From Dimorphilus gyrociliatus (taxonomy: Eukaryota > Animalia > Annelida), in contig CAJFCJ010000006.1 in the NCBI GenBank assembly GCA_904063045.1, positions 124,001 to 188,000 on the forward strand: a stretch of 64,000 nucleotides of DNA, written 5' to 3'. Positions within the stretch are counted from its first letter, which is position 1. Every line of letters starts with the position of its first letter. The notes below the pieces were generated by a model that saw nothing but the letters and a program-made list of their open reading frames with translations, searched no databases and was not told where the DNA came from. Below are positions 12,620 to 25,265 of the stretch, piece by piece. The position numbers and the translations under genes are program-made.

Positions 12620-13766
12620 TCTTGTTCAATTCAGAAGACTTTAACAATAATTTTTCAATTAAATAATTTACTTATTATATAGTACAATGTCCTGTCTATG
12701 TGGAACTTCCTTTGAATAAAACGATGTCTCAGCAATCAATTATGAATCAATATTAATCATTTTTTAAAGAAATTGTTTACTTTTCAATGACTTATCATGG
12801 GATTGAGATTTTTATTTAAATAAATCCTTAGATGGTGTAAAAAGCTTTGTAAATAAAAAATAAGATCGATTGAAGATCAATTTTCTGGCTGGTGTAGAAT
12901 AATTATCACATTCAAAAGCTTATCAGCTACCCAATTAACTCAACGTCAAAATCGTTCAACATTACATTTCTTTACTGATTATTAATAAACCATTTGAATA
13001 AATATTCTATTTAAACAAAAGCAACCATTGGTATTTAAATACTTCTTATCTAATGGAATTTTAATGGTAATAGAAAACCAGACGCACTATTCATTCTATG
13101 TCAAACACTTGTTTGTCCGTACAAAGCTTTTTTGTTTCGTCAATGTCCAGGCCTATAGTTTAATTCCATCAATCAATTCGACTTTCCCTCTGTTCCAGTA
13201 TATTACTGAAGATCGTATTGAACACATTAATTGAGCAAAGGTATACTCTTTTATAATATTTAATGATATTTTAAACTCGAGTGCAATTCTAACTTATTTA
13301 AAGTTTAATTTATATTCATGAGCATAAAATATGACGTTAGCAGAATAGCTTCTTAGTTTCTCTATAAATTGGAGAATAGACTGGTAAGAAAGTAGTCGAG
13401 GATTAATTTTTTTAGTGAATGATACTTGAGAAAGTAGTCGTCGCGTAGCTACACTGTTGTGCTAATTTTAATAGTCTCAGTTTCCCTTAATGAGAGTTGA
13501 CTAGGTAAGATAATAACTTTTTAGTTAACATTGTTAATATAATACTGTATTAATTAAAAATGTTTACTGTTAATATGTGATAGACGTAAGTTAATAAATT
13601 AAATATTATTAAATATAATCATGTAATCGTACATCAGTAATAAATAGGCCTTTATGTGTTATTTATTAACAGAAAATAGCTTTATATTGCGATTAGAAAT
13701 CGTTTTTTTTTTACAATACTCTGTTAACATTCTCTATATATAAGACGTATAAACAGGGATTAGGAT

Positions 13767-14639
13767 ATGAATAGATTAACAAAGCCTAGATTCCTACCAA
13801 TTCTGACACAAGCTGGTCAGAAGAGAACTTCAAGTGGAGTTGAAAAGGCTAATTTGAAGAAGAAGAAGAAATCAAAAAGCAAGAAGAGGAAAGAAGCTGA
13901 CGATGTGAATATTATCGAAAAAGCTGATGTTGTAGCCGATAGATTATCCTATACTTTAACGTTCACGTCGGATTGTTTGCCGTCTATTTCATTGAATAAC
14001 GCTAGAAGCTTGAATAGAGGAGCCCAACGAATTTTAGAGTTTACAATCGAGAGCATCAAACACGGAGCTAAGACGAAAATGGATAAGATAGAAATGGCTC
14101 AACGACAACTAATGGCTGACTTATTAGAACGGTATCCACACCTAGAAAAACAAATTAGCTTAAGTGTTCGCAAAAATCGAACTCAAAACCTCTTATTCAG
14201 AGACGTAATGCTTGAAAGAAAACACAAAAGAAACATACCGGCAGTTCAACTGGAACCTCTCCCCGAAGTTCAGCAAAATGGTCTTCATCTGCTAGGCAAA
14301 TCAGTTTACAAACCAATAGTGGATGATAGTAAACAAACGACTAAGCAGAACAAGCAAAATAACAGTAAAGTAAAAATTTCTCCAATTTGCTCAACAAATT
14401 TTGGATTAGAAAATAGGGATAACAATCGATTAGGAATGACTCAGAAGACTTTCATTAATAATAGAACCGACTTGGAACGGCATATAGAAAATTCTGCAAA
14501 CAAGCACATAAAAACATTTGCCTCTCATATTCCTAAAAGAAGCAAAGCGGAAGACAATATTCTGTGCCTAAGGGAAACTCTTGCCCCTTCAATTTCAAAC
14601 AAGCCAATACTTCCCTCCATATCGACTATAAACAAATAG
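13767..14639 (+). CDS. Single-exon 290-aa basic protein of unknown function
   Basis: An 873-nt open frame in AT-rich DNA with a lysine-rich NLS-like stretch (KKKKKSKSKKRK). I recognise no domain. Confidence 0.7.
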   Translation: MNRLTKPRFLPILTQAGQKRTSSGVEKANLKKKKKSKSKKRKEADDVNIIEKADVVADRLSYTLTFTSDCLPSISLNNARSLNRGAQRILEFTIESIKHGAKTKMDKIEMAQRQLMADLLERYPHLEKQISLSVRKNRTQNLLFRDVMLERKHKRNIPAVQLEPLPEVQQNGLHLLGKSVYKPIVDDSKQTTKQNKQNNSKVKISPICSTNFGLENRDNNRLGMTQKTFINNRTDLERHIENSANKHIKTFASHIPKRSKAEDNILCLRETLAPSISNKPILPSISTINK

Positions 14640-15955
14640 ATTTTTTTTCTGCTATAAATACAAATTGAATTGTTCTCGCTGGAGAACACAACAATTATAA
14701 TATTGAATACTAGTATTCAAAATATAAAATTCAATTCAATTGTTTTCATTGTATTCTGCTAATTCTCCTTTAATTTAATTTATAATTTCGCTACAGAAGA
14801 ATAGAGGTTTTAACAGGTTACAACCCATTCGCATATACTCAAAACTTTCTTATGTAACAAGTTTCCCTAATTAATATTCAATCGAAAGATATAAGATTAA
14901 AAACCTTATTGCCAACTTATCTTGGCCTTAGTTTTTTACACATGACTTTGAGATAGTCTGGTCAACTTTCGAACAGATATACACCCACACATACAACACT
15001 ATACTCTCTCTCTCTTTACCAAACCTATATTATACATTACGTTGTCTATCCTATGTTGGTAATGAATCAGCATCAGAGTATTGAACCCTGGAAAATGAGA
15101 ATCCTTTTGCTGAGCTGCCGAAGAATTATTCTATATTATATAATTTCTATCAAGTTTTGTATATGGCATAAGATAATCATATTTCAGAAACCATTCATTT
15201 ACCTGACAATAATCGTCAATATAATAAAAGACAAGACTAGATACTTACATCTTTTATCTTGTAGCTTTGATTTTTAATCGGGACAGAATAGGAAGCTAAA
15301 TATGATTTGTTTCAAATCTATAAGAAAACGGGTCAAAAACAGATTAAGGAGGCAAAGTTGTCCATAAAAATAAATAGGGAATATATATTAACAATTTGAC
15401 TCAAAGTCTCTATTTATACTGTTGTTATTTACTAATTAAATTATCATATAAGGTTACAATAGCGTTATTTCTTTTAGAATTTACCTTTCCAAGAGCTCAC
15501 GATAAGACTTTTAGTACATTAATAGAAAGTGAGAACAATCAAAGGTTAGGTTAAAATATCAAATTCAATTAAAGATAAATATCTATTATTAGCATAAGTA
15601 TCACTAAATGATACTATCTAAATGAAATTTTAGGTCTATTTTAAGACTTATGATTAATTTTTATTAAAATCATCTAACCAATTAACATTTTGTAACAAGA
15701 TTATGATTGTTAGAATAATAATAAAACAGAAACGTTTCGCTCTTCAATCTGAAGATAAGAACCTTTTTTACCACCTAGAGTCTAATTATCAATATTCATT
15801 TGCACAGAGCAATATATATATATATATCTGATTCGTATACAAATGATGTATAAATAAATTAAATATATAGGACTTTCTAGATATTTCTTTTTTTTTTTTG
15901 TAGGTACAACCTTATTTTTTAATGATTTATTTAACATACAATATTTTATAGATTA

Positions 15956-16905
15956 TTACAAGAACTTTCCTTTTCTTCGGTCTTTTTTAAAAGATAGATG
16001 ACGTAAGTGTGGAAATTCAAAGAATAAATCCTTATTTAAGTAAACAAATTCCATTATAGTACTATCAACATAAAGTAGCATTCACTTTTATTTTGACATG
16101 GTTGCTATATAATCTACAAGATCCAAAGAATTCGCTGACTATACGCTTTTCCACAGATCTTAAGTTCGTATTAATTTATAAAAATGTTGTAGGCATTAGC
16201 TTTTTCCTTTATTCTATTCTGTTTTTTCTTTTTTTTTTACATTACACACTTTACAAAGATCAATATTGTTTTAACTCAATTTAAATACTGTTTAATATAA
16301 GGCTCTTTTTTGTCCAACAATTTGAGACAAATATTATCTAAATAGAAAAAAAGGATCGTAGAGACTACTTTCTTAAATTAAATATTTAATATCTACCAAT
16401 TACTACCGGATTATAACTCTACAGGTTTCAAAAGCAGTTTCATTAGTCGATTATTCGATATATATCTTATATATATATATACTTTCGTGGAGTATATTGC
16501 TTTTTTTAGAAGGACTTTTTTATAGGTTTGAATTTTACATTGTTAATAACGTTTTAAAGATATGAATAATTAAATATTTTGTTTAATTTGCTGTTTTTTT
16601 TTGTTTCACTAAAAAAAATACTATGATACAGAATATTGTAATCGGCAAATTATGAAAGGCTCTTTGTCGATATATCGGAAATATATTATATACTTTTAAT
16701 TTATTCAAACAAATTGATGCATTTATTGTTAAAGATAAAAAGAAACTTTGAACCTCTTTCTCTTTTTTTAAATGCCACCAGTTTTTTTTGTTAGTATACT
16801 TTTCAAGCAGACGGTGACCAACTTTTCCGGTCTAATTTTTTGATCGGTTACTTACCGGTCAGCAAGGATTTTTAATACAAGATTACTTAAACAGACAATC
16901 AACAT
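15956..16905 (-). CDS. Possible hidden small multi-exon gene (tentative)
   Basis: A phase-compatible exon chain 16418-16397, 16337-16289, 16158-16086, 16030-15956 has 59, 130 and 55 nt GT-AG introns. A strong G|GTAAGT donor lies at 16855, downstream of ATG 16905. Confidence 0.3.
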
Positions 16906-17177
16906 CCGGTACTATGCAAAAGTCAAGTATAATTTGAAGCGAAGTAACTTAATAAGAAAACTCAAATTATTTACATATCAAATGGTTAAAGAAGTAATGC
17001 AGAAAGCTGCAATAGTGTATGTACCGTATAATAGTCTTTAGTAGGTCATCATTCAAATTTCTTTGCAGTTAAACATTAGTGAACTTTCCTCTGCGACTTG
17101 TCGCAACTAGTTCAAGTGGTTGATTATTCGAGTAAACAATTTTATTCCAAATTTGTTCTCTTTTTTTTTTTAGGTAA

Positions 17178-18368
17178 ATGTCAAGTAAGAACGAAAGCTC
17201 TCTGGAATATCATACAAAAATGACACATCATACTCAGGAGAGTAATAAAGAAGCCGTCCTTTCCGCCCTGAAGGCTCTGCAACTTCGAATAAGACAATTA
17301 GAAAAAGAACGAAATAGAGCCGAGGAGAATATTCAAGTCCTCTCAACAGAAAAGGAACATTTCAGAACTGAGTCACCGATAGAAGTAGAACCCAATCACT
17401 CAGAACATTTGGAGTCTCAACTCCACTCTGTAGCTGATAGGTGTAGAATGCTGGAGCAGCAGTTACAAGATATGAGGAAAACTATGGAAGAAGCTCAGCA
17501 AAAATCAATTCTAAACAATGATTATCGCTTTGATATTCATGGAACCTACGAACCCCGACTCAGATTTGAAGATGAAGAAATAAGGCAGGAAACTATTAAA
17601 CCAGATAGAATTCCTGCTGAAGAAAGTGTTCGAGTTAGAAGACTAACCCACGAGCTTTATGACGAAGAGCCAATAGAACCTGAGCGAATACCTGTCAAAA
17701 ATAAGTCGAAAAAGCCCAAAAAAAAAGTCGATAAAGGCCACACCTCGAAACCAAAGCACTATCATTTGAATATGTCTCAAATTCCTTTCATATCGGGAAC
17801 ATCAACAGCTGATAGTTATTCAGTGCCAGCAAATATACAGAGAGTCTTATCCATGATGAAATGCCATAATGAGACACTATGTAAATCTTCGTCAAGTGCA
17901 AGCTCGACAGAGCAATCTCCCGTAGCAGCTGTTTCATCTTCATCGTCTTCCAGTGACCTCGACAGTTTATTGGCCCAGTTGCAGGATGAATTTGGACAAA
18001 TATCTTTGGAGCATCAGCAGGTTTCAGCCGAAATGCTCCGAGCCATAGACCCTACCATTCAGTGTAAGTTGGAAAAGGAAGCTGATGAACTATTAGATAG
18101 AATGGAAAAAAAAGGTGAGCAAATTCAACGCCTGAGATCGTATCAAATAAAGCAACAACAAAAGTCTGTAAATGGAGAATTTACAAAAAAGAAAATAACT
18201 TTTAAAAACCCTGGAAAGGTTAAAGTAACAACGACAGTCAAGGCTTGTGGAACATCTACCAAAGTCAGGGAAAGGCCAAAAACTGCACCATCAAGTGGAA
18301 AAGATTGCTTAAAAGGCTTGAAAAAGATACAACAAAAATTGGGAAAAAACGACTTAGGTTGGATGTAA
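17178..18368 (+). CDS. CEP57: Centrosomal protein CEP57/CEP57L1 family
   Basis: N-terminal AVLSALKALQLRIRQLEKERNRAEENIQVLS and C-terminal LQDEFGQISLEHQQ...LLDRMEKKGEQI match the CEP57 coiled-coil and microtubule-binding domains. The CDS is intronless. Confidence 0.85.
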   Translation: MSSKNESSLEYHTKMTHHTQESNKEAVLSALKALQLRIRQLEKERNRAEENIQVLSTEKEHFRTESPIEVEPNHSEHLESQLHSVADRCRMLEQQLQDMRKTMEEAQQKSILNNDYRFDIHGTYEPRLRFEDEEIRQETIKPDRIPAEESVRVRRLTHELYDEEPIEPERIPVKNKSKKPKKKVDKGHTSKPKHYHLNMSQIPFISGTSTADSYSVPANIQRVLSMMKCHNETLCKSSSSASSTEQSPVAAVSSSSSSSDLDSLLAQLQDEFGQISLEHQQVSAEMLRAIDPTIQCKLEKEADELLDRMEKKGEQIQRLRSYQIKQQQKSVNGEFTKKKITFKNPGKVKVTTTVKACGTSTKVRERPKTAPSSGKDCLKGLKKIQQKLGKNDLGWM

Positions 18369-18511
18369 CTTTCAAATATGTCCTTGGCAAATATCAATTA
18401 ACTAGTAAAAGCTTTGATTTTTATAATGAATAATTAGGAGAAATGATCTAAATAACTACTAACAATTTATTAGAAAAAATAACATAGACATAGAATATTT
18501 ATTTTATCGTT

Positions 18512-19741
<1,230 letters not shown>

Positions 19742-19851
19742 TACTGCTTGTGAATATTTTCTCAATAACTAATTATACTTAAACTTATAATTCGGATTAT
19801 AGACTCGAGAAATTAGACGAATTTTTTCAGATAAAACTGCTTAAGAGACCA

Positions 19852-19895
19852 ACGCCATCTAAAAGCATGGTTCTAAAATACACTCTAGGTGGCGC
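19852..19895. promoter_or_regulatory. Divergent pair of CTCF-like motifs (TAGATGGCGT on -, TAGGTGGCGC on +)
   Basis: Motifs at 19852-19861 (-) and 19886-19895 (+), lying between the METTL1 start and the GAS8 3' end. Confidence 0.5.
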
Positions 19896-20099
19896 TGAAA
19901 CTAGCTACTTATGGCGCTAAAAAGTTCGAATTGAGCTTGGATAAAAATTGAAAGAAACGCAATAAATTTCTTCGATATCGCTCATATAGACAATAGAATA
20001 AAATTCAATTAAGACTAATTAACTTCATTTTAAAGAATTCTTGTAAATTTTTTTTATTTTAAATAAAGTTTATTAAAGAAAATACAAAACGAGATTATT

Positions 20100-21612
20100 C
20101 TATGTGTTTGTGGAGACGAGTCCGGCAGGTCCATAACCAATTTGTTGTCCAGCTACAGCACTTTCCAAAGGTTTAAAACCCAGTTCGTCAACAGGTATGC
20201 CAAACTGAGATAACTTTGATTCATACGTTCTCAACAAATCATTATGGGCTTTACAGACTCTTGCCAATTCGTATTGCAGATCTTTAATGGCAGAATTCTT
20301 GGAATCAAGAACATCCTCAAGCTTACGCGTAACAACGCTGAGAGCTGTAGGATCTAAATTTGACGCAGATAATACTTCGTTCAGTTGTGCTTCCTTTTTC
20401 TCTAATGTGTCGGCTAAAGCATTCAACTTCTTTTCTAATAGTATATTCTTGAGATTACTCTTCTGTTGAACTTCATGAATAGCTTTGATGAACTTCTGAT
20501 ATAGTTCATCTCTCTCGGCTTGAATTTTACCAAATCTTTGTTCAAGGATTTCCTTTTCTAATTCTAACTCTTTATGTTCTTGTTTCAGAACTTTTAGTCT
20601 GGCTTTAGCCGAAGCAAGAGAAAGCTTATCTTTTTCATAATTAGCTAACTGCCTTCTTAGCTCCTCCAATTCAACTCTGGCCTCCCTCAAAGGTTCTGTT
20701 AACCGTTTGTTTTCGGCATTTATTTCATTCATCTGTTTCTCCATTCTCTCTTCTTTCTTCTTCATTTCTTCTACTTGTTCTTTAAGGGTATTAATCAAGG
20801 CAAGATTGTTCAAAGTGATATCATTATAGTAGTTTTTAATATCACTAAACGCCTTTTCATGATTCTTCATCAAAGTATTAATTTGAGCATTCTTCCTCTC
20901 TTCAATCTCGTGAATTTCAGTTTTTCTTCTCAAATCTAGCTCTTCTCTCAACATTCTCATTTTCTTTTCGTATTTGGCTTCAATATCTTTAACTTGTTGT
21001 TCATATGCTTGACGTAAATTTGTAACTTGTTCATCATTCTTCATTTTTAAATTTTTCATTAAGTTCTCGTGAGATAGCTGCTGTTCTTTTATTTCAACTT
21101 TTAAGTCTCTCTTCAATTTTCTCAAGTCAAATTCTTCTTTACGATGATCATCCTGAGCCAGTTTCAGAGCTACTTTGCTTTCAGCTTTTAGTTCAGCCAC
21201 ATTGTTTTGATGTTCGTATAGCAAGTGTTTTACTTTTTGTTTGTATACTTTTATTTCAATTTGATGCTGCTCTTCAGCATCTTCCATTTCTCTATCCTTA
21301 TTACGTAATTCAGCTCTTTTTTCCTCCAATTGTCTCTTTGTAATTTCCCAAAATGTATTTACCTTATCTCTTTCTAATTGGAAATAGTTTCGTTCTTCTC
21401 TTTCTCTATCCACCTAAAAGATGTTTAAAATTTTTATCTTTCCTATTGGTTTTATTTACAATAATGTTTACCTCTTCCTTTAATCTAGTAACCAGCTCCT
21501 CTAGTTGTTCTTTAGTCATTTCTTCTGTTGAAATACCATCAATAACGGCTGGAGTCTTCTTAGCCGACTTCTTCTTCCCCTTCTTCTTTCCACCCTTTTT
21601 CTTAGGAGGCAT
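20100..21612 (-). CDS. GAS8: Dynein regulatory complex subunit 4 (growth arrest-specific 8)
   Basis: [14 protein letters not shown]...[11 protein letters not shown] | [16 protein letters not shown]...[13 protein letters not shown]...[13 protein letters not shown]...[11 protein letters not shown]; a single intron. Confidence 0.95.
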
Positions 21613-21672
21613 CTTTTCTGGTCGAGGAGTTACCAAATGCTATACAACTATGGTTGCTATGTATCCGACAAC

Positions 21673-21682
21673 TAGATGGCGC
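21673..21682 (+). promoter_or_regulatory. CTCF-like motif (CAACTAGATGGCGCT)
   Basis: Lies about 60 bp upstream of the GAS8 ATG in the GAS8/ECI1 divergent gap. An ETS-type ACTTCCGG is at 21836-21843. Confidence 0.5.
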
Positions 21683-22241
21683 TTATATAAATATTCGATA
21701 GAAATATCTTTCAACTTGTTTTCTTAAATTCTCAGTTTACATATTATGCGCAATAAATAATTTTTCAAACTAATATAGACAGTAAAAAATATTTTTTTAT
21801 TTAAAACGCTTAATACGAAATGAATTTTAGTATTTACTTCCGGTTCCTGTGACACTTTTTGATTTCGTACTAAAAAGATAAAACTTAAAGGTTGACATAT
21901 ACACAGTCTAAAAATTAAACTTTTTACCGTTTAATGGTAATGTCAGTAATATTAAAATACTTTAAGAATTTTATAACTATTTAAAATTGTACTAAATCGA
22001 ACCATTAGCTTCTTTTCAATGTCATTAGAGGATACAAATTGTAAACAATTTTTTTTTCAAAACAATAAGAATCAACACTTTAATGCTCATTTTAAATGTG
22101 CACTTTTAGATGTTATAATGCAAATAGTCAACTAGAGTTAAAATTGGTCAAAAGTCTTTTGATAATGCATAAATTAACTTGAAATTTGACAATATACTAT
22201 TTAATAAATGTATTAACAGATCAACTGATACTTGAGAGAAA

Positions 22242-23335
22242 ATGTTTCTGCGAAATGTAATGAGAAAAATTGCAAGCCAAAAATCCTTGAATGGTTTGGC
22301 TATAAAGAAAAATTATTTTGGAACAACTTCTTCACTTCTAGATGATTTTTCCATAAATGCTAATGAAAAAACAGGTATCTCAAAAAGCCTCAAAGTTTGC
22401 AACTGTTCTGTAGTTTATACCATTCTAAATTTATCTAGGAGTGTCGGTTATTACCATGTCTAAAACCCCTGCAAATAGTCTCAATCTGGAGTTTATTCAG
22501 GAACTATCAATGGCTATTCAAAAGCTTAATATGGAAAAGAGTTGCAGAGGAATTATTCTTACATCAGTATATTGTTGTAAAAGCCCATAAAATTTATCAT
22601 AGAGTCTGTATCTTTTTATAGAGTCTTCCAAGTATATTTTCCGCTGGATTAGATATTTTGGAAATGTATCAACCAGAACCCGATCGATTAGAGAAATTCT
22701 GGACAGAATTTCAAGAGATATGGCTAGCCTTGTATTCTTCGCCTAAAACTGTTATGTCGGCTATAAACGTATGTATGAACATTTTGATGTTATTATTGTA
22801 ACTAGAATTATATTGTTTATAGGGTCATTCGCCTGCAGGTGGATGTATAATTGCATTAGCTACTGATTACAGAATAATGAAACCTAAATTTACCATTGGT
22901 CTAAATGAAACTATGTTGGGTATAGTTGCACCTTTCTGGGCTGAGGATTCTATGAAAGCAGTTATTGGTCAAAGAAGATCTGAATACAGTTTGCAGTTGG
23001 GAAAACTTTACACTGCTGAAGAGGCATTACAGGTAGATTTAATCATGACATTGAACTCTCTTAAGCTAAATATCTGATTTTAACAGATCAATCTAATTGA
23101 TGAAATATCGGATAATCCATTACAAGCTTGCGAGGATGAAATGATGAATTGGCTAAAATTACCCGATCACGCTAGAACCTTGACGAAATTTCAGAACAGA
23201 GGACATATTATTGAAAAAATGAAAAAAGGTCGTAAAGAAGATCTTGAAAAATTTGTTAAATTCATACCAAGAGAAGGGATTCAAATGGCTTTGGGAACGT
23301 ATTTGGATAATTTGAAATCTAGAAAGAAGAAGTAA
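22242..23335 (+). CDS. ECI1: Mitochondrial enoyl-CoA delta isomerase 1
   Basis: PANSLNLEFIQEL, FSAGLDILEMY, GHSPAGGC and IGLNETMLGIVAPFW (catalytic Glu retained), with a basic transit peptide; multi-exon. Confidence 0.9.
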
Positions 23336-23602
23336 AAACAAGTTATTTCTCTCAGTGATTTTCAATATGAATTGTAATCCATAATTAACAAGTTAGAAAA
23401 TAGAAAGAAGAAATTACCGAGCAAGCTCAAGTTCATTATATTTAATACAGAGTTATACATGATTTCATAAATAATCTCTTTTTCTAAAATAATATTCGTT
23501 GAAATTTCTTGCTTTGAAAGGGCGATGTTAGCAGTATTCACCTTTGAGATAGACTATATACGAAAAGTGATACGGTATTTAAATATATCTTTCTATACAT
23601 TT

Positions 23603-23612
23603 TAGATGGCGC
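23603..23612 (+). promoter_or_regulatory. CTCF-like motif TAGATGGCGC
   Basis: Between the ECI1 stop and the TFB2M-like start. Confidence 0.45.
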
Positions 23613-23760
23613 TAATAAACTCTTATAAAAATATATCAGCCTATCACCAATTCACATGGTACTAGGGCGATAATAGGAATGTTTTAAGAATTTCTCATGT
23701 ATAAGATAGTTTGCCTACACTACTCATTCGGTGGGATAGTGATTACGGAAATTGTTGAAA

Positions 23761-24749
23761 ATGTTTAAATATACTCTAAAGAAGATAAATAAAATAGATA
23801 TTCAATTAAGACAGTTAAAAACTTGTGTTTCTGACGTTGAGTTAATTGTTAGAAAAATAAAATACAATCTCGAAGATTACACTAAAACAACATTTTTCTA
23901 TCTTGGAGCTCAAGATGGAATACTTGCAGAAAACTTAATTAATTCAGGTACAGTTTATATGTTTTTAAGTTTTTAAACAACTTCATTTATTTAATTCATT
24001 CAGGATGCAAGAAAGTTATCGTTACCGAACATAAAAAAAGTAATGAAGAACATCTGAATGAAATTCAAAATCGATTTAGGGAAAAATTTCTACGATTTAC
24101 GCGTTTTCCTAATTCAAGAATCATTGAAGAATATAAATTAGATGGGTTGGAAGAGAAAAACTGGCACACTCAACCAAAAGTTGCCGTAATTCTTACTCTT
24201 TTGACAAATGATCGTTCAAAATTATCTTTAAATTCATATTTATTACGTAAACAATTTCCCTTTAATTTTGGTCGAACACCTATATTTCTATTGACTGATA
24301 ATACGGAAAGTAAAGTTATACTTATGAATGAAACTAATCTGCAAACAGAGAAGAGAATACCATCAAGGGCTCTGAGTTATATGTTTCTGTATGATAGAAC
24401 TCTCTTAGCAGAAATACCTAGACTAAAGCCATCTCAAAAGTATACTAAACTTATTAAAATACAACCAAAAAGCGATCTTGTTGATCTTCTCTACGACGAA
24501 GATAAATTTAAAGAAGCAGAAGTGTTCCTAAAGCATTTCTTTAACAAACCATACGAAAGAGTTATTCCTAAAATTGAGAAAATATGCCCAAATTTAGGAT
24601 CAGAACTGATTGACATGAATATAACAATGTTAGATAGAGTTAAGGACTTGGATTTTCGAATTATTGGTGAAATATTTCGCCTAGTTGCATCAAATGACAA
24701 TTATTCAAGAAATATTATTAGAGTATTAAGCTCAAGACATGAATTTTAA
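23761..24749 (+). CDS. TFB2M: Mitochondrial transcription factor B2-like (KsgA/dimethyladenosine transferase fold); start uncertain
   Basis: Exon 1 ...FYLGAQDGILAENLINS splices (intron 23948-24003) to GCKKVIVTEH...WHTQPKVAVI...FGRTPIFLL...LIKIQPKSDL. The order of motifs matches TFB2M. Confidence 0.65.
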
Positions 24750-25265
24750 TACCATTAATATATTGAAAAAATAAATTGGCTTTCACTTAATTAAATTGAT
24801 TTGTAAACACTTTTGTTAAGATATTGAATAAGTTATACATTAGTTCCAAGCTATCAATCATTAAGAGTATTCGCTCATGAAATAAAAATGTATTGAACAC
24901 CAAACTGAACATCGATTTTTTAATTCTATTGTACTGTTATACTGCGTAATGTTTATATGAAATTTTATTTTATTTATTTATAATATAACAATGAAATATT
25001 TAAAAAATTAGAAAAGTTGCCCAACGCTAAAAATCAATCGAAAATATTGACTTTTTATTATTTAATATGGCTTGAAATGTAACAGAAATAATTAAAATCT
25101 AGAGTAAAGCTCTTGTTTAGGGGGAAATAGTTCTTGCTTCAGTAAACGTGTAATAATGATATATAGTTCGACCTTATGTATTCATCCGCGAGTTGGCAAA
25201 TTGAAAGTACTTAATAATATAGCATTCTTTTTATTTTTATGTTCTAATAATGATAGTTCTCGAAA

